Made by a program: the position numbers and the translations under genes
The notes under the pieces: model-generated
What the model saw: the letters and a program-made list of their open reading frames with translations, nothing else
What the model was told of the DNA's origin: nothing
Database searches by the model: none
Shown: positions 20,954 through 32,874 of the stretch, piece after piece
Numbering within the stretch: the first letter of the stretch is position 1
How the letters are laid out: every line of letters begins with the position of its first letter
DNA from: an uncultured bacterium
Lineage (GTDB): Bacteria; Patescibacteriota; Gracilibacteria; Absconditabacterales; Absconditicoccaceae
Assembly: GCA_947168815.1 (NCBI GenBank)
Contig: CAMVNG010000003.1
Location: 8,478 to 72,477 of the forward strand
Length of the DNA: 64,000 bases
Direction: 5' to 3'

Positions 20954-22474
20954 ATGAGTTTAGAGAGAAAAAATTCTACAAATAAAGTAGTTTGAAAACT
21001 AAGGACCGCTGCTGTTACATTGGCTGCAGCAACACAACTTTTTTCAGCATGTTCAAGTGATGAATGAAAAGAACAGATTGAGAAATATTTTGTTGTACAG
21101 CCAGGGCAAAGTATTACGAGTATCGTAAAAGACTCATTAAATCTTTCAGAAGAAGAAAGATCAGATCCAAGATTATGTCATTTTATTGTGCAATCAGTTA
21201 TTTCAGATAATCAACTTGAGAATCCTGATCGTATTCATCCTTGAGATTCAATTAGAGTGGTCCCAGATCATATTCAATCAACAATAGAAGAGTATAAAGA
21301 AAATGAAAGACAAAAAGCTTTAATAGCCCAACATGATGAAGAAGAATTAAATCTTATTTGAGAAACTTCAGATGGAGGAGATGATGAATTAGATAATATA
21401 CCTACTGGAGAATTAACATTAAAATGATGAAAAGTCCCAGAAAAATTACAGGGATCTGCAGTTTGAGATTTGTATTCTGCATATATATGAGGACCTTATC
21501 ATAAAGATACAAAAAAGTGGGATTGAATTCGTTTATGAGAAAAAAGAACCTGGGATAAAAATAAAGCAATAGCAAATCTTTATCATAAAAAAATGCAAAG
21601 AGAAAATAAAAAGAAATTCGTAGTAGCAACACAACACTATAATAACACTGTTTCAAAAATCGATTTTAATAAAGTACATCCAATATCATTGGATCAATAT
21701 AAAAAGAATATTGCAACTATTATCAGTGATTTAAGAAAAGGAATGGATTGGAATTTGCTATGAGAAAAAATGTTTAAGTGAGATAGTAAAAAACTAAATC
21801 TTCTTAAAAAAATAGCTGATAATATTGATGAAAATGTACTTACATCGTATAGTATGACAGAATTCTTCCCATACAAAGAGGGTGATTTTAATAAAGAATT
21901 CTTAGATTTTTTATTACAGAATGCATGAGAAGAATATTTATCTTATTTGCCTGCTGTTCATGATGATTATACATCATTTTGACAATATCAGTTTACATCT
22001 TTAGCTCTTTTTGATACTCCAAAAGAGAAAAGGGGGGCTTCTGTTATTAACCAATTTGTACCAGAGAATCTTCGCATTCCATGAAGTGTTTGTAAACTAA
22101 AAGGAAAATCTCATCATAGAGCTGCTTTTTTGTTTTCATTATATAATATTACACAACTTATTAACAAAAATGATCCATTGACAACGAAAGCATTAAACGA
22201 ACTTACAAAGAAGGAAAATAAATCAGATCTTACTCAATTGATTGCTATTATGCATAATCTTCCAAAAAATTGAAAAACATTTCTTGATGAGTGGTATAAA
22301 CTAAGAACAGATAAAGCATATTATGCAAAGAAGACAAAAACAAAAAAATGAAAAGCTTATAATTATGATTTAAATGGAAATCATAAAGTAGATTTATATG
22401 AATCCTTCTTGTGGAGTAATTCTCATACATATGGTAAAAAAACTTATATACATTACAATTCACTAAAAAAGTAA
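20954..22474 (+). CDS. LysM-domain lipoprotein with uncharacterised C-terminal domain (506 aa)
   Basis: Signal and lipobox AATQLFSAC. A LysM-like segment VVQPGQSITSIVKD...IHPGDSIRVV. No in-frame TAA or TAG until 22472-22474. Confidence 0.7.
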
Positions 22475-22565
22475 AGGATAATAAAAAAGAAAAAATTGAT
22501 TGCATTATTGACAAAAATAAATATAATGATATTACAGTTATTTATATAGTATAAATATTAACCAC

Positions 22566-23162
22566 ATGACAAAAACAAAAACAAATGAAGAGCTAATGAA
22601 GAACTATCAACAACTTCTTCAATTTGCTCAAAACTCTTTAGCTAATGCAGAAATGCAATTAAAAAGAGTTAAATTAACTCTTGAACAATTGGCTTCTTTT
22701 GATCCAGAAAATCCTGAATCTTTATCTGCTTATTTGGAAGAAACAAGAGCTTCAATGCCAGAAGAATTAAAGGCATATAAAGACGAAGATGCAGAAGTAG
22801 TTGAAGGAGTATTTGATTGATATTACATGGTAGGAGCTGATCAAAAGAAATATCCAGTACCTATGAATTATTCAAGTAAGTCAAAATTAATTCCTGGTGA
22901 TGTAATGAAGTTAAAAATTCTTCCAGAAGGAAGATTGGTGTTTAAACTTATTAAGCCTGCAGAAAGAAAACATCTAAAAGCTATTCTTTCAAAGACAGAT
23001 GATAATAAATTCACAGCAAATACTGAAGATTGAAAAGTTTATTTCCTTAATCAAGCAGCAGTTAGTTTCCATGCTGGTAAACCAGGTGATGAATTATATA
23101 TTATAGTAAATGATAAGGAAGAAGGTACATTTGCTGCAATTGAAGCAATTATTAAAAAATAA
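22566..23162 (+). CDS. hypothetical protein (198 aa)
   Basis: Track ORFs 22566..22820 and 22827..23033 are joined and extended through TGA codons. The N-half is helical and the C-half beta-rich (YPVPMNYSSKSKLIPGDVMKLKI). Confidence 0.65.
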
Positions 23163-23287
23163 TCATTATTATTAAATATTGAAAAGGGGAGATTTAATTC
23201 TTCCTTTTTTGTTTTTAACGAAAAATACCTAGAAAAAATAATGTAAATAGTTATACCTTCTTCAGTCATTTATATAATTATGAAACG

Positions 23288-24241
23288 ATGAAATTATCAG
23301 TTGACCCATCTCAAAGATATGCCAAAATGAGAGCACATACAGCGACACATCTTCTACATGCTGAATTAGCTCAATTTTTCCCAGATACTAAGCAGGCATG
23401 ATCATTGGTGGACTCAGATCTATTAAGATTTGATTTTTATGCAGATAGATTATTAAACGAAGAGGAACTTGCACTAATCGAAAAAAGAGTAAATGAAATT
23501 ATCTATATGGCATGTGAGGTAAAAATAGAAGAGATGTGAATCGAAGATGCAGGTAAGTTGGGTGCAAAAATGTTTTTTGAAGAAAAATATTGAGATGTTG
23601 TTCGTGTAGTTCAAGTATTTAATAATGAAGATGCCTGTGAACAAGATAAGGCATATTTTGCTTCTCGTTGAGAAAAACTTTCAATTGAACTTTGTTGAGG
23701 TACTCATGTAAAAAATACAAAAGATATTTGAGCATTTACAATTATTTCACAAGAAGCTGTTGCTTCAGGAATTAAAAGGCTTACAGCTTTAACTGGGCCA
23801 AGAGTAATTGAAAAAATAGAAAATCAATCTAGTCTTTTATCTCAGCTTGTTGATTTATACGAGGTAAAGTCATCAGCACAGCTTATTGAAAAAACTCAAA
23901 AACTTCTTAAGGACTTTTGAGAATTAAAGGCTCAAGTAGAATCATTAGAAGCTAAATCCATAACTTCTTTCCTAGAAAATGGTGAAAAAAAATCAAATGA
24001 GGATTTTGATATAATTATGAAAGTTCCTACAGATATTAATTTTAAGACACTTTGATTCCAAGCAAAACAATATTTTGGAGGAAAGAATGTTCTTTTAGCT
24101 ACAATAGCTGGTAATTATATTCTTTTCACGGTTGCTGGAAATTCAGCAAAAACATTAGCACAAAAACTTGGTTTAAAGGGGGGATGAAATGATCAACAAG
24201 TACAATGAAGAGATGAAAAAGTAGTTGCCTTTTTATGATAA
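23288..24241 (+). CDS. alaX: AlaX-L-like protein (AlaRS editing domain plus C-Ala/DHHA1-like domain, no synthetase core)
   Basis: HTATHLLHAEL (HxxxH) and CGGTHV (CxxxH) zinc motifs. The C-terminus is GLKGGGNDQQVQG. An in-frame TAA lies 72 nt upstream of the ATG with no alternative ATG between them. Confidence 0.8.
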
Positions 24242-24276
24242 TTTAAACGTTATTCGATTTTCACTCATAATTTTAA

Positions 24277-26160
24277 ATGTGGTATTTTAAGGCAGATAAC
24301 TTAACAAAAACTTATGTATCTAAACCAATTATAGATCATATTTCTTTTGTTATAGAAAAAGGGAAAAAAATAGCCTTAGTTGCTAAAAATGGGGGATGAA
24401 AGTCTACATTAATAAATCTCATGATGGGAAATCTAGATAGGACTGATTGAGATGTTGAGTGGAAAAAGGGATTAAAAATTTGATATTTACCTCAAGAATT
24501 TAATCTACATGAAGAGAATAGTGCTCTAGATGAAGTTTTTCAAACAGACCATACTTCTGCTGAACTGATAAAAAAATATGAAGAATTAATGTATACAGGT
24601 GATGCAGAAGAATTGACAGAATTGATTCCACTTTTAGATGAATATTGAGTTTGGAGTTATCAAGCAAAGGTTGATACGATAATAGCAAGACTTTGATTAC
24701 AAAAATTACTCCATCAAAAAATTAGTACCTTATCATGAGGAGAAAAAAAAAGAGTAGCGTTAGCAAAAACATTAATTGATGAACCTGATATGTTGGTGTT
24801 AGATGAGCCGACAAACCATCTTGATTTAGAAATGATTGAGTGGCTAGAAAATTATTTAAAAACAGAAAATAATACTTTGTTTTTAGTAACGCACGATAGA
24901 TATTTCTTAGAAAGTGTATGTGATGAAATATATGAATTAGAAAGAGGAAAAATTTACAGATACCCAGCAGATTACTCTTATTATCTTGAAAAAAAAGCTG
25001 AGCGTCACCAAAATGAGCAAATAGAACAGGAAAAATTGCGTCAATTATTAAAAAGAGAATTAGCTTGGATTCGTAAGTCACCAAGAGCTAGAGCAACCAA
25101 ACAACATTTTAGAGAAAAAGAATTTTATGAAATAGAAAAACGCTATGATGAAAATAAAGCATTATATCAGGAAGAAGCTCCAGAATTAGATATACCATTA
25201 AGTGAAAGAAGATTAGGGACAAAAATTTTACAGGTGAGAGGATTAAAAAAATCTTTTTGAGAAAAATGTATTGTAAAAAACTTTTCACATGATTTTAAAT
25301 TCTGTGAACATGTTGGATTAATAGGAAGAAACTGAATAGGAAAAACTTCTTTTATTTCTATGTTGTTATGAAGATTACAGGCTGATTCATGAACAATTGA
25401 AGTGTGAAAAACTGTTGTTTTTGGAGAATATCAGCAATGAGAATTAAATTATGATGAAAAGAAAACAGTTATAGATGTTTTAAAAGATAATGCAGGATCT
25501 TTAACGTTAGTAAATTGAGAAATATTATCCGCAGAGAAATTATTATGAAGATTCTTATTCACTACAGACCAACGGTATAGACCAGCGTCACGTTTAAGTT
25601 GATGAGAAAAGAGAAGATTAGCGCTTCTTTGTACATTAATAAAGAATCCAAATTTTCTAATTTTAGATGAACCAACAAATGATTTAGATTTAATAACAAT
25701 AAGTATATTAGAGGATTTCTTGATCCAATATAAATGATGTCTAATTATTGTTTCTCATGATAGATCTTTTATGGATAGATTGGTAGATCATTTATTTATA
25801 TTTGAAGGAGAAGGAAAAATTACTGATTTCCGATGAAGTTATTCTCAATGGCGTAATGAAGAAGATAAAAAGGAAAAGAAGAAGGAACAAAAACAGCTTT
25901 CTAATGTTGTAGAAAATAGAAAAGAAGAGACATTAGATGATGTACCATTGCAAAGACTTCCTTTTGAGTTACAAGAAGAGTTAAATCAGCTTATTAAAGA
26001 TTTAGAAAAATTAGAAGAAGAAAAAGCTGAGATAACTCAGCTTTTGAATAATAAAGATTTAGCCTATGATGATATAACCTTGCTTTCTGAACATCTTTGA
26101 GAAATAATTAAGAATATTGAACGTAAAGAAGCAAGATGGTTTGAAATACTCTGAAATTAA
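24277..26160 (+). CDS. ABC-F family ATPase (Uup/EttA-like translation factor)
   Basis: Two cassettes with Walker A motifs KNGGGKST and GRNGIGKTS and signatures LSGGEKKR and LSGGEKRR. Track ORF 24790..25260 is in frame. The C-terminal tail is a coiled coil. Confidence 0.9.
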
Positions 26161-27482
26161 GCAGCATTTCCTAAATTATCTAGATTTGTTGTATTTTCAG
26201 TTTCTTGTACAGGTGCTTGAGTATCTGGTTGTCCTTTTCAAGCAAGAGTATCAATATATTCAACAGGGTTGTGGATAACTTCCTTCGTTGTATCAACAAC
26301 ATTCTGTCCAATTTCTTTTGTTTTATCAATAATATTTGATCATACTTGTTTAATACCTCCAACAAGGTCATTAGCTGGTGCTTGTGGAGCGCTTTCTGTT
26401 GCGGATTGAGCAACTGGTGCAACAATGCTTTCTCCAGTAGATTTAGCACTTTCAACAAGTCATTCACCGGCTTCAACAGCACCACTAACCATGTTACTTC
26501 CCATTTCTTTAGCATTATTAACAAGATTTTCTGATCATGATTTTACATCATTAACAATTGTTGTTCCTGCTGAAGTTACTGATCAAACAACATTACTTCC
26601 CATATCTTTTACATCATTTACCATATCTTGTGAAGTATCTTTTACATCGTTTACAATACCACTACCTGCAGCTACAGCATCTCCAATAATACCACTTCAA
26701 ATTTCTTGTGTATTTGATGCAATATTAGTACCTGTTTCTTTAACATCATTAACAACATCTTCTGCTGAAGATTTTACTTCATTAACAGCAGTTGTTCAAA
26801 GCTCTGTAGCTTGTTGTCAAACATTTTGTCCAAGTTGAACAGTATTACTAACCAATCCAGATCACATGTTTTTTGCTGCTTCTAATGGATTAGTTGTGAT
26901 TTGTTGAGCTCATTGAACAACAGTATCTTTTATATTACTACCAAAATTCACACCTGTTTGGATTGTTGCTTGAGCTTGATCCTTAATTTGATTACCAAGA
27001 TTAATTCCTTTATCTACAACACTGGTTGTTTTTTCAACAACTTTCCCAGGAACATCTTTAATGGTTTGAGTAATTTGTAATGTTTTTTCTGTTGCAGATG
27101 TAGCAAAGTTTTCTGTTTTATTTAGTAAATTCTGTGTTGAACTTACAAGTTTTTGAAAGAAACTCCCTCCAGTTTCTACAGCACTGTTCACTGTGTTTGA
27201 TGCTTGAGCTGTAACATTTTGTACTGTATCTCCAACATTTGGTTGTGGAGCGGCAGCATTTTCTGGTGCTTTGTTTCAAAAACTGAACATATTTTTAATT
27301 CCTCCGAAGAAACCTCATTTCTTTTCTTCTGCTTGAGCAGGTGCTTGTGAAACAGGTGCTTGTGGAACTGCAGCTTGAACAGGTTGTTGAGCAACTTGTT
27401 CTTGATTAATACTTTCTAGTCAAACCGTAGCTGCTTGTGGATTGGTTTGAACTGGAGTTTGATTTTGTTCATCATTAGGCAT
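26157..27482 (-). CDS. 11-residue-repeat protein (441 aa)
   Basis: ATG 27480-27482 to TAA 26157-26159. Track ORF 26910..27191 is in frame. The N-terminus is Q/P/A-rich and is followed by periodic repeats of the VNDVKxxGSNx type. Confidence 0.7.
26421..27230 (-). repeat. about 25 consecutive 11-aa (33-nt) degenerate coding repeats
   Basis: The hand register holds without indels: DVKETGTNIAS/NTQEIGSGIIG/DAVAAGSGIVN/DVKDTSQDMVN/DVKDMGSNVVG/SVTSAGTTIVN/DVKSGSENLVN/NAKEMGSNMVS... Confidence 0.7.
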
Positions 27483-27523
27483 TTTTGTTTTTACAAATAG
27501 ATAAAAGTTTTATCATCCGTTAT

Positions 27524-27551
27524 AGTATAGACAAAAAAATTCAAAAGTCAA
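27524..27551 (-). promoter_or_regulatory. sigma70-like promoter (TTGACT-N16-TATACT) for the repeat-protein gene
   Basis: On the minus strand, -35 is at 27546-27551 and -10 at 27524-27529. The start codon is at 27482. Confidence 0.55.
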
Positions 27552-27760
27552 AAAATAGGGGAAAAAATAATAGAATGATTTTTTAATGAAATAATTGTTT
27601 AGGATTAATGATGTTTTATATATAATGAGATAACCGATATTTTAAATATGTCAAGACAAAGAGAACAAGAATATTAAGATATTCTTTTAAAAAAATAAAA
27701 ATTCAACTATACTTAGAAGAGGATTTTATTCCTATAAACTTTTAATCTACAATAGTAATA

Positions 27761-29338
27761 ATGCCAGAAGAAAATCAAACTCAAGAGCAGCAATCCTTGA
27801 AAGACCAGGCAAAAGCTCTTTGGGCAAAAGTAGCATGAAAAATAAATAGATGATGAGACACAGAAAAGAAAGAGTTTACATTTTGAGTTAGTAAACAGTC
27901 TTATATAGCAGCATTGATTTTAATGCTTGTTGCTATTTGAGTTGCATGAGTGTGAGCCTATTTTGTTTGGACAAAAAATGAAGAACTTATTTCTAGAACA
28001 ATGAAACTAAAAGAACTGAGTCATTATAATTTGGCTAGTTTTTTAGAAAACGAAGCAATGACTGAAGATAGAGATCATTTGCCATGAAGTATTGATGAAA
28101 TGATTACAGTTTATACTACTTCAAAAGCTGAAAAAGAGAGATTAGAAGGGGAATTATCTTTTAAGACAAGTGTATATAATGAATTTTTAAGAAACTTTTT
28201 ATTGCCATCTCTTAACATCTGGAAAGATCCATATACAAAACAAATTGATATTGATATTTTGGGTAGAAAATATTTGGATAAAAACCCATATCAAGATATT
28301 ACTTTACTTTCACAATGGAGTTCTATTATCAGAGATAGTTGAAAAGATGTTTGAGTAAATGAAGTAACAGATATGAGAATTGGAGATATAGAAGAAGAAA
28401 CAGAAAATGGTTTCTTTAAAATACCTATTAAGGTATCTTTTAAGTCAAATTCAAAGAGAGCTTTTTTGCTATTGGTGGATAAGCTCTCATTAACATCAAA
28501 TGTAAATAATCTATGATTGTTAAACGACTTTACTTATTACTTATTTAATGCAATAAGAGAACAGAAAGCGGATGAGATTAAAAAGTTAATAGAGGAGTAT
28601 CATTTGGAAAAACCTGCAGATCAAGATGAAAAATATTTTAATAACGTAGTAATTTCACGTTATCTTTATAATTGGATTTTTGATTCAGATACTGCACCAT
28701 CTCGTCTTATAGATGAACAAGTAATTGATACTGCCGTAAAACAAAGTGTTATTTGTTGAAGTTCTGATTCAAGAGTTGTTTGTTACTTTAGATTTAGAGA
28801 TAAGTATAGAAATATACCAGAACTTGCATATTCAATCGGATTAACATCAATTTCTAATAAACCATTAGCATTAAAGAGATTCTATGCAGACATTCCTCCA
28901 TTGATTGCAATTGAATCCTTCACATTTGATAAGGAGATGAATGATACATTATCATTATCTAATAATGTAGAATATGTAGGAGATGTAGATTTTAGTATCT
29001 ATGGAAGATGAATCAGCACAGAAGAAATGAATGAAATAACAAAAACTTTGGCTGAAAAATGTTTTGGTTTATGAACAGAAAACGATTTATCTGTTGATAA
29101 GGTTTTGGAGCCTGTACAAATGTCAATTGAACAAATCGGAGAAATGGGACAAGATAAGGTAGAAAAGATGTCAAAACTTATTGAATTAAGAGAAATATTA
29201 AATGAGGATAAGCTAGAATTCACAGAACTTTCTCCATATAACCAAATGATTAGAAAGTTTGAATATTATAGAATGCTTAAAAATGTTAATCTTTGTAAAG
29301 ATGATAAGAAGGGAAGTCAGAATGAGCAAACAGAATAA
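27761..29338 (+). CDS. hypothetical membrane-anchored protein (525 aa)
   Basis: Track ORFs 28100..28342, 28517..28759 and 29105..29338 share one frame with ATG 27761. TM helix YIAALILMLVAIGVAGVGAYFVW. Confidence 0.7.
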
Positions 29339-29358
29339 TAGTATTATTTAACTATATC

Positions 29359-29390
29359 AAAGGCTAGAATTTTCTAGCCTTTTTGTTTTT
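29359..29390 (+). terminator. rho-independent terminator
   Basis: AAAGGCTAGAA/TTCTAGCCTTT stem followed by TTGTTTTTT. Confidence 0.75.
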
Positions 29391-29461
29391 TATAAAAAAA
29401 GAGCTTGAATGTTTCTAAATTTTTAATACATAAACAGTGAGGTTTATCTTCTAATTTTAAG

Positions 29462-30409
29462 ATGAAATCACAATCAAAAAAAATTTCAGTTGTTATTCCT
29501 AGTAGAGCAAAAAATTTAAAATTGCTACATAATTTGTTTTCCTGTTTGGATAAACAAAGTTTTAAAGATTTTGAAATTGTTGTAGTTTGTGATAGAGAAT
29601 TTACGGATAATGAACGAAATAATTTTAAAAATGAATTTAAGAATTATTGATTATTAATAAATTTTTTTTCTCATAAAAATTCATCATTTGTTCCGCATTC
29701 AGAATGAGGTGCAAGTTATGTAAGAAATTTTTGAATAGATCAGGCTTCTTGAGATTTTATTCAACTTTTCGATGATGATAATGAAATAGATTCAGATTAT
29801 CTTAAGAAAGCATTGGCTTACCACGATAAGTTTAAAAAATGGTATAGTAAGGAAGTATTTATAACACCAACTTTGTTGTGGAGAAATACAACAAAAATTC
29901 AAAATCAATGATTCTCATGATATAAATATTGGGAGGCACGCCCTCAAATTCATTTTTTGGAAAAACATCAAGAATATGCAGAAATAAAGATGTTTAGCTG
30001 AAATGGTATATTTTGAAAAAGGGAAATTATGAAGACAGTGCGTTATGATGAAAAAATAGCATGGATTGCTGAAGATTTGGATTTTGTGTATTCAATACGA
30101 GAAAAAGGCTATCCAATACTAGTATTTAGAGATTTAAAAGTTTATCATCAAGAAAGAGATAAGACATATCTAGAAGAGGCTTGGATATGAAATGCATGAT
30201 CTTCATATCAAAAGATAAGGAATATTTTTTTACGATGAAAAAAACATGCAAATTTCCAAGAAAAACTAATTCTTTTATTATGGAGTACTTGGTGAATTTC
30301 TATTTGGTTATCAATAAAAGCATATCTTTATTGAGATAAAGATAAGCGAGAGATTATAAAAGGAATTTGGAAGTGATATCTAGAAGGACGAAAATTAATA
30401 TTAGAGTAA
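29462..30409 (+). CDS. family-2 glycosyltransferase (315 aa)
   Basis: ISVVIPSRAKNL N-terminus, DxD-type FDDDNEID motif, hydrophobic C-terminal helices. Track ORF 29462..29650 is extended through TGA codons. Confidence 0.75.
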
Positions 30410-30967
30410 TTATTTACCCATTTCTGATATTACCCATTTAGCAACTTCAGGAAGGTTCTCTTCCGTTAGTTTACCAGGATAAGTCCTAAGTAATTCTTTT
30501 ACGCGATTTCAATCAAATCAAAAATTTTGTAATGATTTGGAAATTGATTTGAAAAGTTTCTGATCTTGATCAACGTCAAGAGCTTCAGCTATTTGAAAAT
30601 TTCCTTTAAGTTCGAGAACTATTTTTTTTGCTAATTTTTGACCTATTCAAGGAATTGCTTGAAAAAATTTTGCATCAAGATTATCCACGGCGTCTTTAAT
30701 TTCTTTTCATGGAAATTGAACAATTTGAAAAGCTGTCTTAGGTCAAACTCAAGATATTTTTAATAAAGATTCAAAACTTGTTTTTTGTTCAAGGGTATCA
30801 AATGCAAAATATCCAAATGTTTTTCTTTGGTCATCAAAGTAAGGATAAATGAAAAAATCTCATTGTGTTTGAGATCCTGAATATAATACTTGAATTCCAA
30901 AAGAGCTGTTTTTTAAAAAAACTTCATTTCAAATCTTTTTTACCTCTCATGAAAAATAGTGAATCAT
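30410..30967 (-). CDS. ruvA: Holliday junction branch migration protein RuvA
   Basis: HhH motifs ISGVGPKTAFQI and IPGIGQKLAKKIVLEL. It starts 22 nt after the dinD stop. Confidence 0.85.
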
Positions 30968-30989
30968 TATTGTTTATGTAGTGACTAAA

Positions 30990-32042
30990 TTATTTGTTCA
31001 TTAGTTCTTTAACCAGTCTTAGACCTTCACTAGATACTTTATATTTTTTATCTCATAAAATAAGTAATTTATCTCAAGGATATCATTTTATTATTTTGGC
31101 AAGATTGGTAAGTAATAATATATTATCAGGAAGTTTATATTCAGCAGATTGCGGTTTTTGATTGGATATGTTTGAAACTGATTTTTTACTTTCTGCATCT
31201 TTTTCAGCAAGTCTTTCAGCTAATTTTTCTTCAAAACTTTGTTGACTTCATTCTTCCTTGTATTCAAGTTCCTCTAACCTTCTTCTAGCATATTTGATAT
31301 CTTCGACAGCGGGGATATCTTCAGGCATAGTTCATCATAATTCTTGAATTGTTTGCCTAATTTTTTGACCAACTTCAAAGTGTGCCATACTCGCATTTTC
31401 TTGTCATTTTATAGATTCTCTTTTAATTTTTGCTTCAGCCTGAGTAGCACGAAAAAGATTCGCAGCTAATTCTTCACTATTCATATGATCAAGGAGATTA
31501 TCTTCAGGATCAAGATGCTTCTTTTCAATAATATCTTTTTTCTTGAGACCATAAAGTCATTGGTATCAAGAATCATAAAATGTAGCATAATCTTTTACAC
31601 CAGCTCATCTTGCAGTGCTAAAAAGTTTTTTATTATGTTTTGTAACTTCATCCCTTAATTCGAGTCTTTTTTGATCCTCTAAATATTGAGCAGATAATTC
31701 TTGTTGTCTTGTTTGAAGAGCAAAATAACTTTGTCATAAAGCAACAATTTCTTTACTTGGATCAGCATTTTGAATAATAAGATAGCAAGCATAACGACTT
31801 AATTTCCAACTCTTTAATGCTCTTTTCGCTCAAGAACCAATTTGAGCAGTTTCTGTAAATTCACTAAAATGATTAGTCGTTGATTGCCCACTATTTTTAC
31901 AGGCAAGTTCTGCTTTTTTTACAACTTTTGAAAAATTAGTAAAATCAGCATACTCTAATACTTTAGCTAGTTCTCTAGCATGCCAATATTCTTTTCAGTA
32001 TTCATTTACTTTTTTGATTTGTTCAAATATTTGTTCATTCAT
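30990..32042 (-). CDS. dinD: DNA damage-inducible protein D with C-terminal extension
   Basis: Collinear with E. coli DinD as I recall it: YWHARELAKVLEY, LSRYACYLIIQNADP, YFALQTRQQE, GYQGLYG, ELAANLFRATQ, IRQTIQELGGTMPE. An extra tail of about 100 aa follows. Confidence 0.85.
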
Positions 32043-32103
32043 ATGGCAAGACTGAGTAATAAAGTCAATTTTTATATAGAGAAATTTTTTAAGTTTTCAA
32101 GGA

Positions 32104-32874
32104 TTATGAAAGGATAATATTTATGTTATTTCGATTTAATTCTTCAAGTCTTTTTCATTTTAAATCATCAGGAATGTTATATTCATTATTTCCTTTTTTT
32201 TCTAACATCTTTTCTATTCTTCATAAAGTCTTTCTGCTATATGGAGAGTAAAGATTTAAAAAGTTTTCAAGTTTTTTTTGTTCTACATTTTCCGGAGAAT
32301 CTTTTTTTATAAATCTAACAAGACAACTTTTTACTTTAGGTGCAGGAGAAAAACATTTAGCAGGGACCATTTTTACATATTCTATAGTATAACATCGATT
32401 TACAAGCCATCGAAGGTATGATTTTTTATTAGCATCTGATTTAATTTTTTCTCAAACTTCATTCTGAATCATAAAAAATCATCCAAGAAATTTTGGAGTT
32501 TCCTTCCAAAAAAGATGTTTAAAAATCGGAGAGGTGATGTAATATGGAAGATTTCAAACAACAATTGCTTCTTCCTCAAGGATATGACTCTGACTAAGAA
32601 TAGTTGAAATATCCTGCTCAAGAACATCTCAGAATATGATATGATTTTCTTCCAATCATATGGTATTAAGATGCTCTTTTAATGTAGTATCTTTTTCAAT
32701 TACATAAAATGAGGGAGATATTTTATAAATTTTTTTTGTAATAGCTCCTTTTCAAGGACCAATTTCAATGAGAGCCTTTGCTCAGGTCTTAACATAAAGA
32801 TGCTCTATAGAATTCGCTATAGTCCTAATGATTTGAATATCTTTTAAAAAATTTTGTCAGAGATAGGTAGACAT
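32104..32874 (-). CDS. rsmA: 16S rRNA (adenine1518/1519-N6)-dimethyltransferase
   Basis: LGQNFL start, SAM motif IEIGPGKGAIT and the NLPYYITSPI motif. Confidence 0.9.

Noticed and set aside
26180-26838. Track ORFs 26180..26524 (-), 26346..26534 (+) and 26425..26838 (+), which overlap the 11-mer repeat gene.
   Set aside because: These are off-frame or antisense products of a periodic sequence. The frame starting at 27482 is the only one that runs the full length and shows the regular 11-aa repeat.
27661-27695. Tiny ORF (MSRQREQEY) and an 8-bp hairpin AAGAATAT-TAAG-ATATTCTT in the 278-bp divergent intergenic region.
   Set aside because: The ORF is too short and has no supporting signal. The hairpin is short and AT-only and could arise by chance. 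It lies between two divergent promoters, where a terminator would make no sense.
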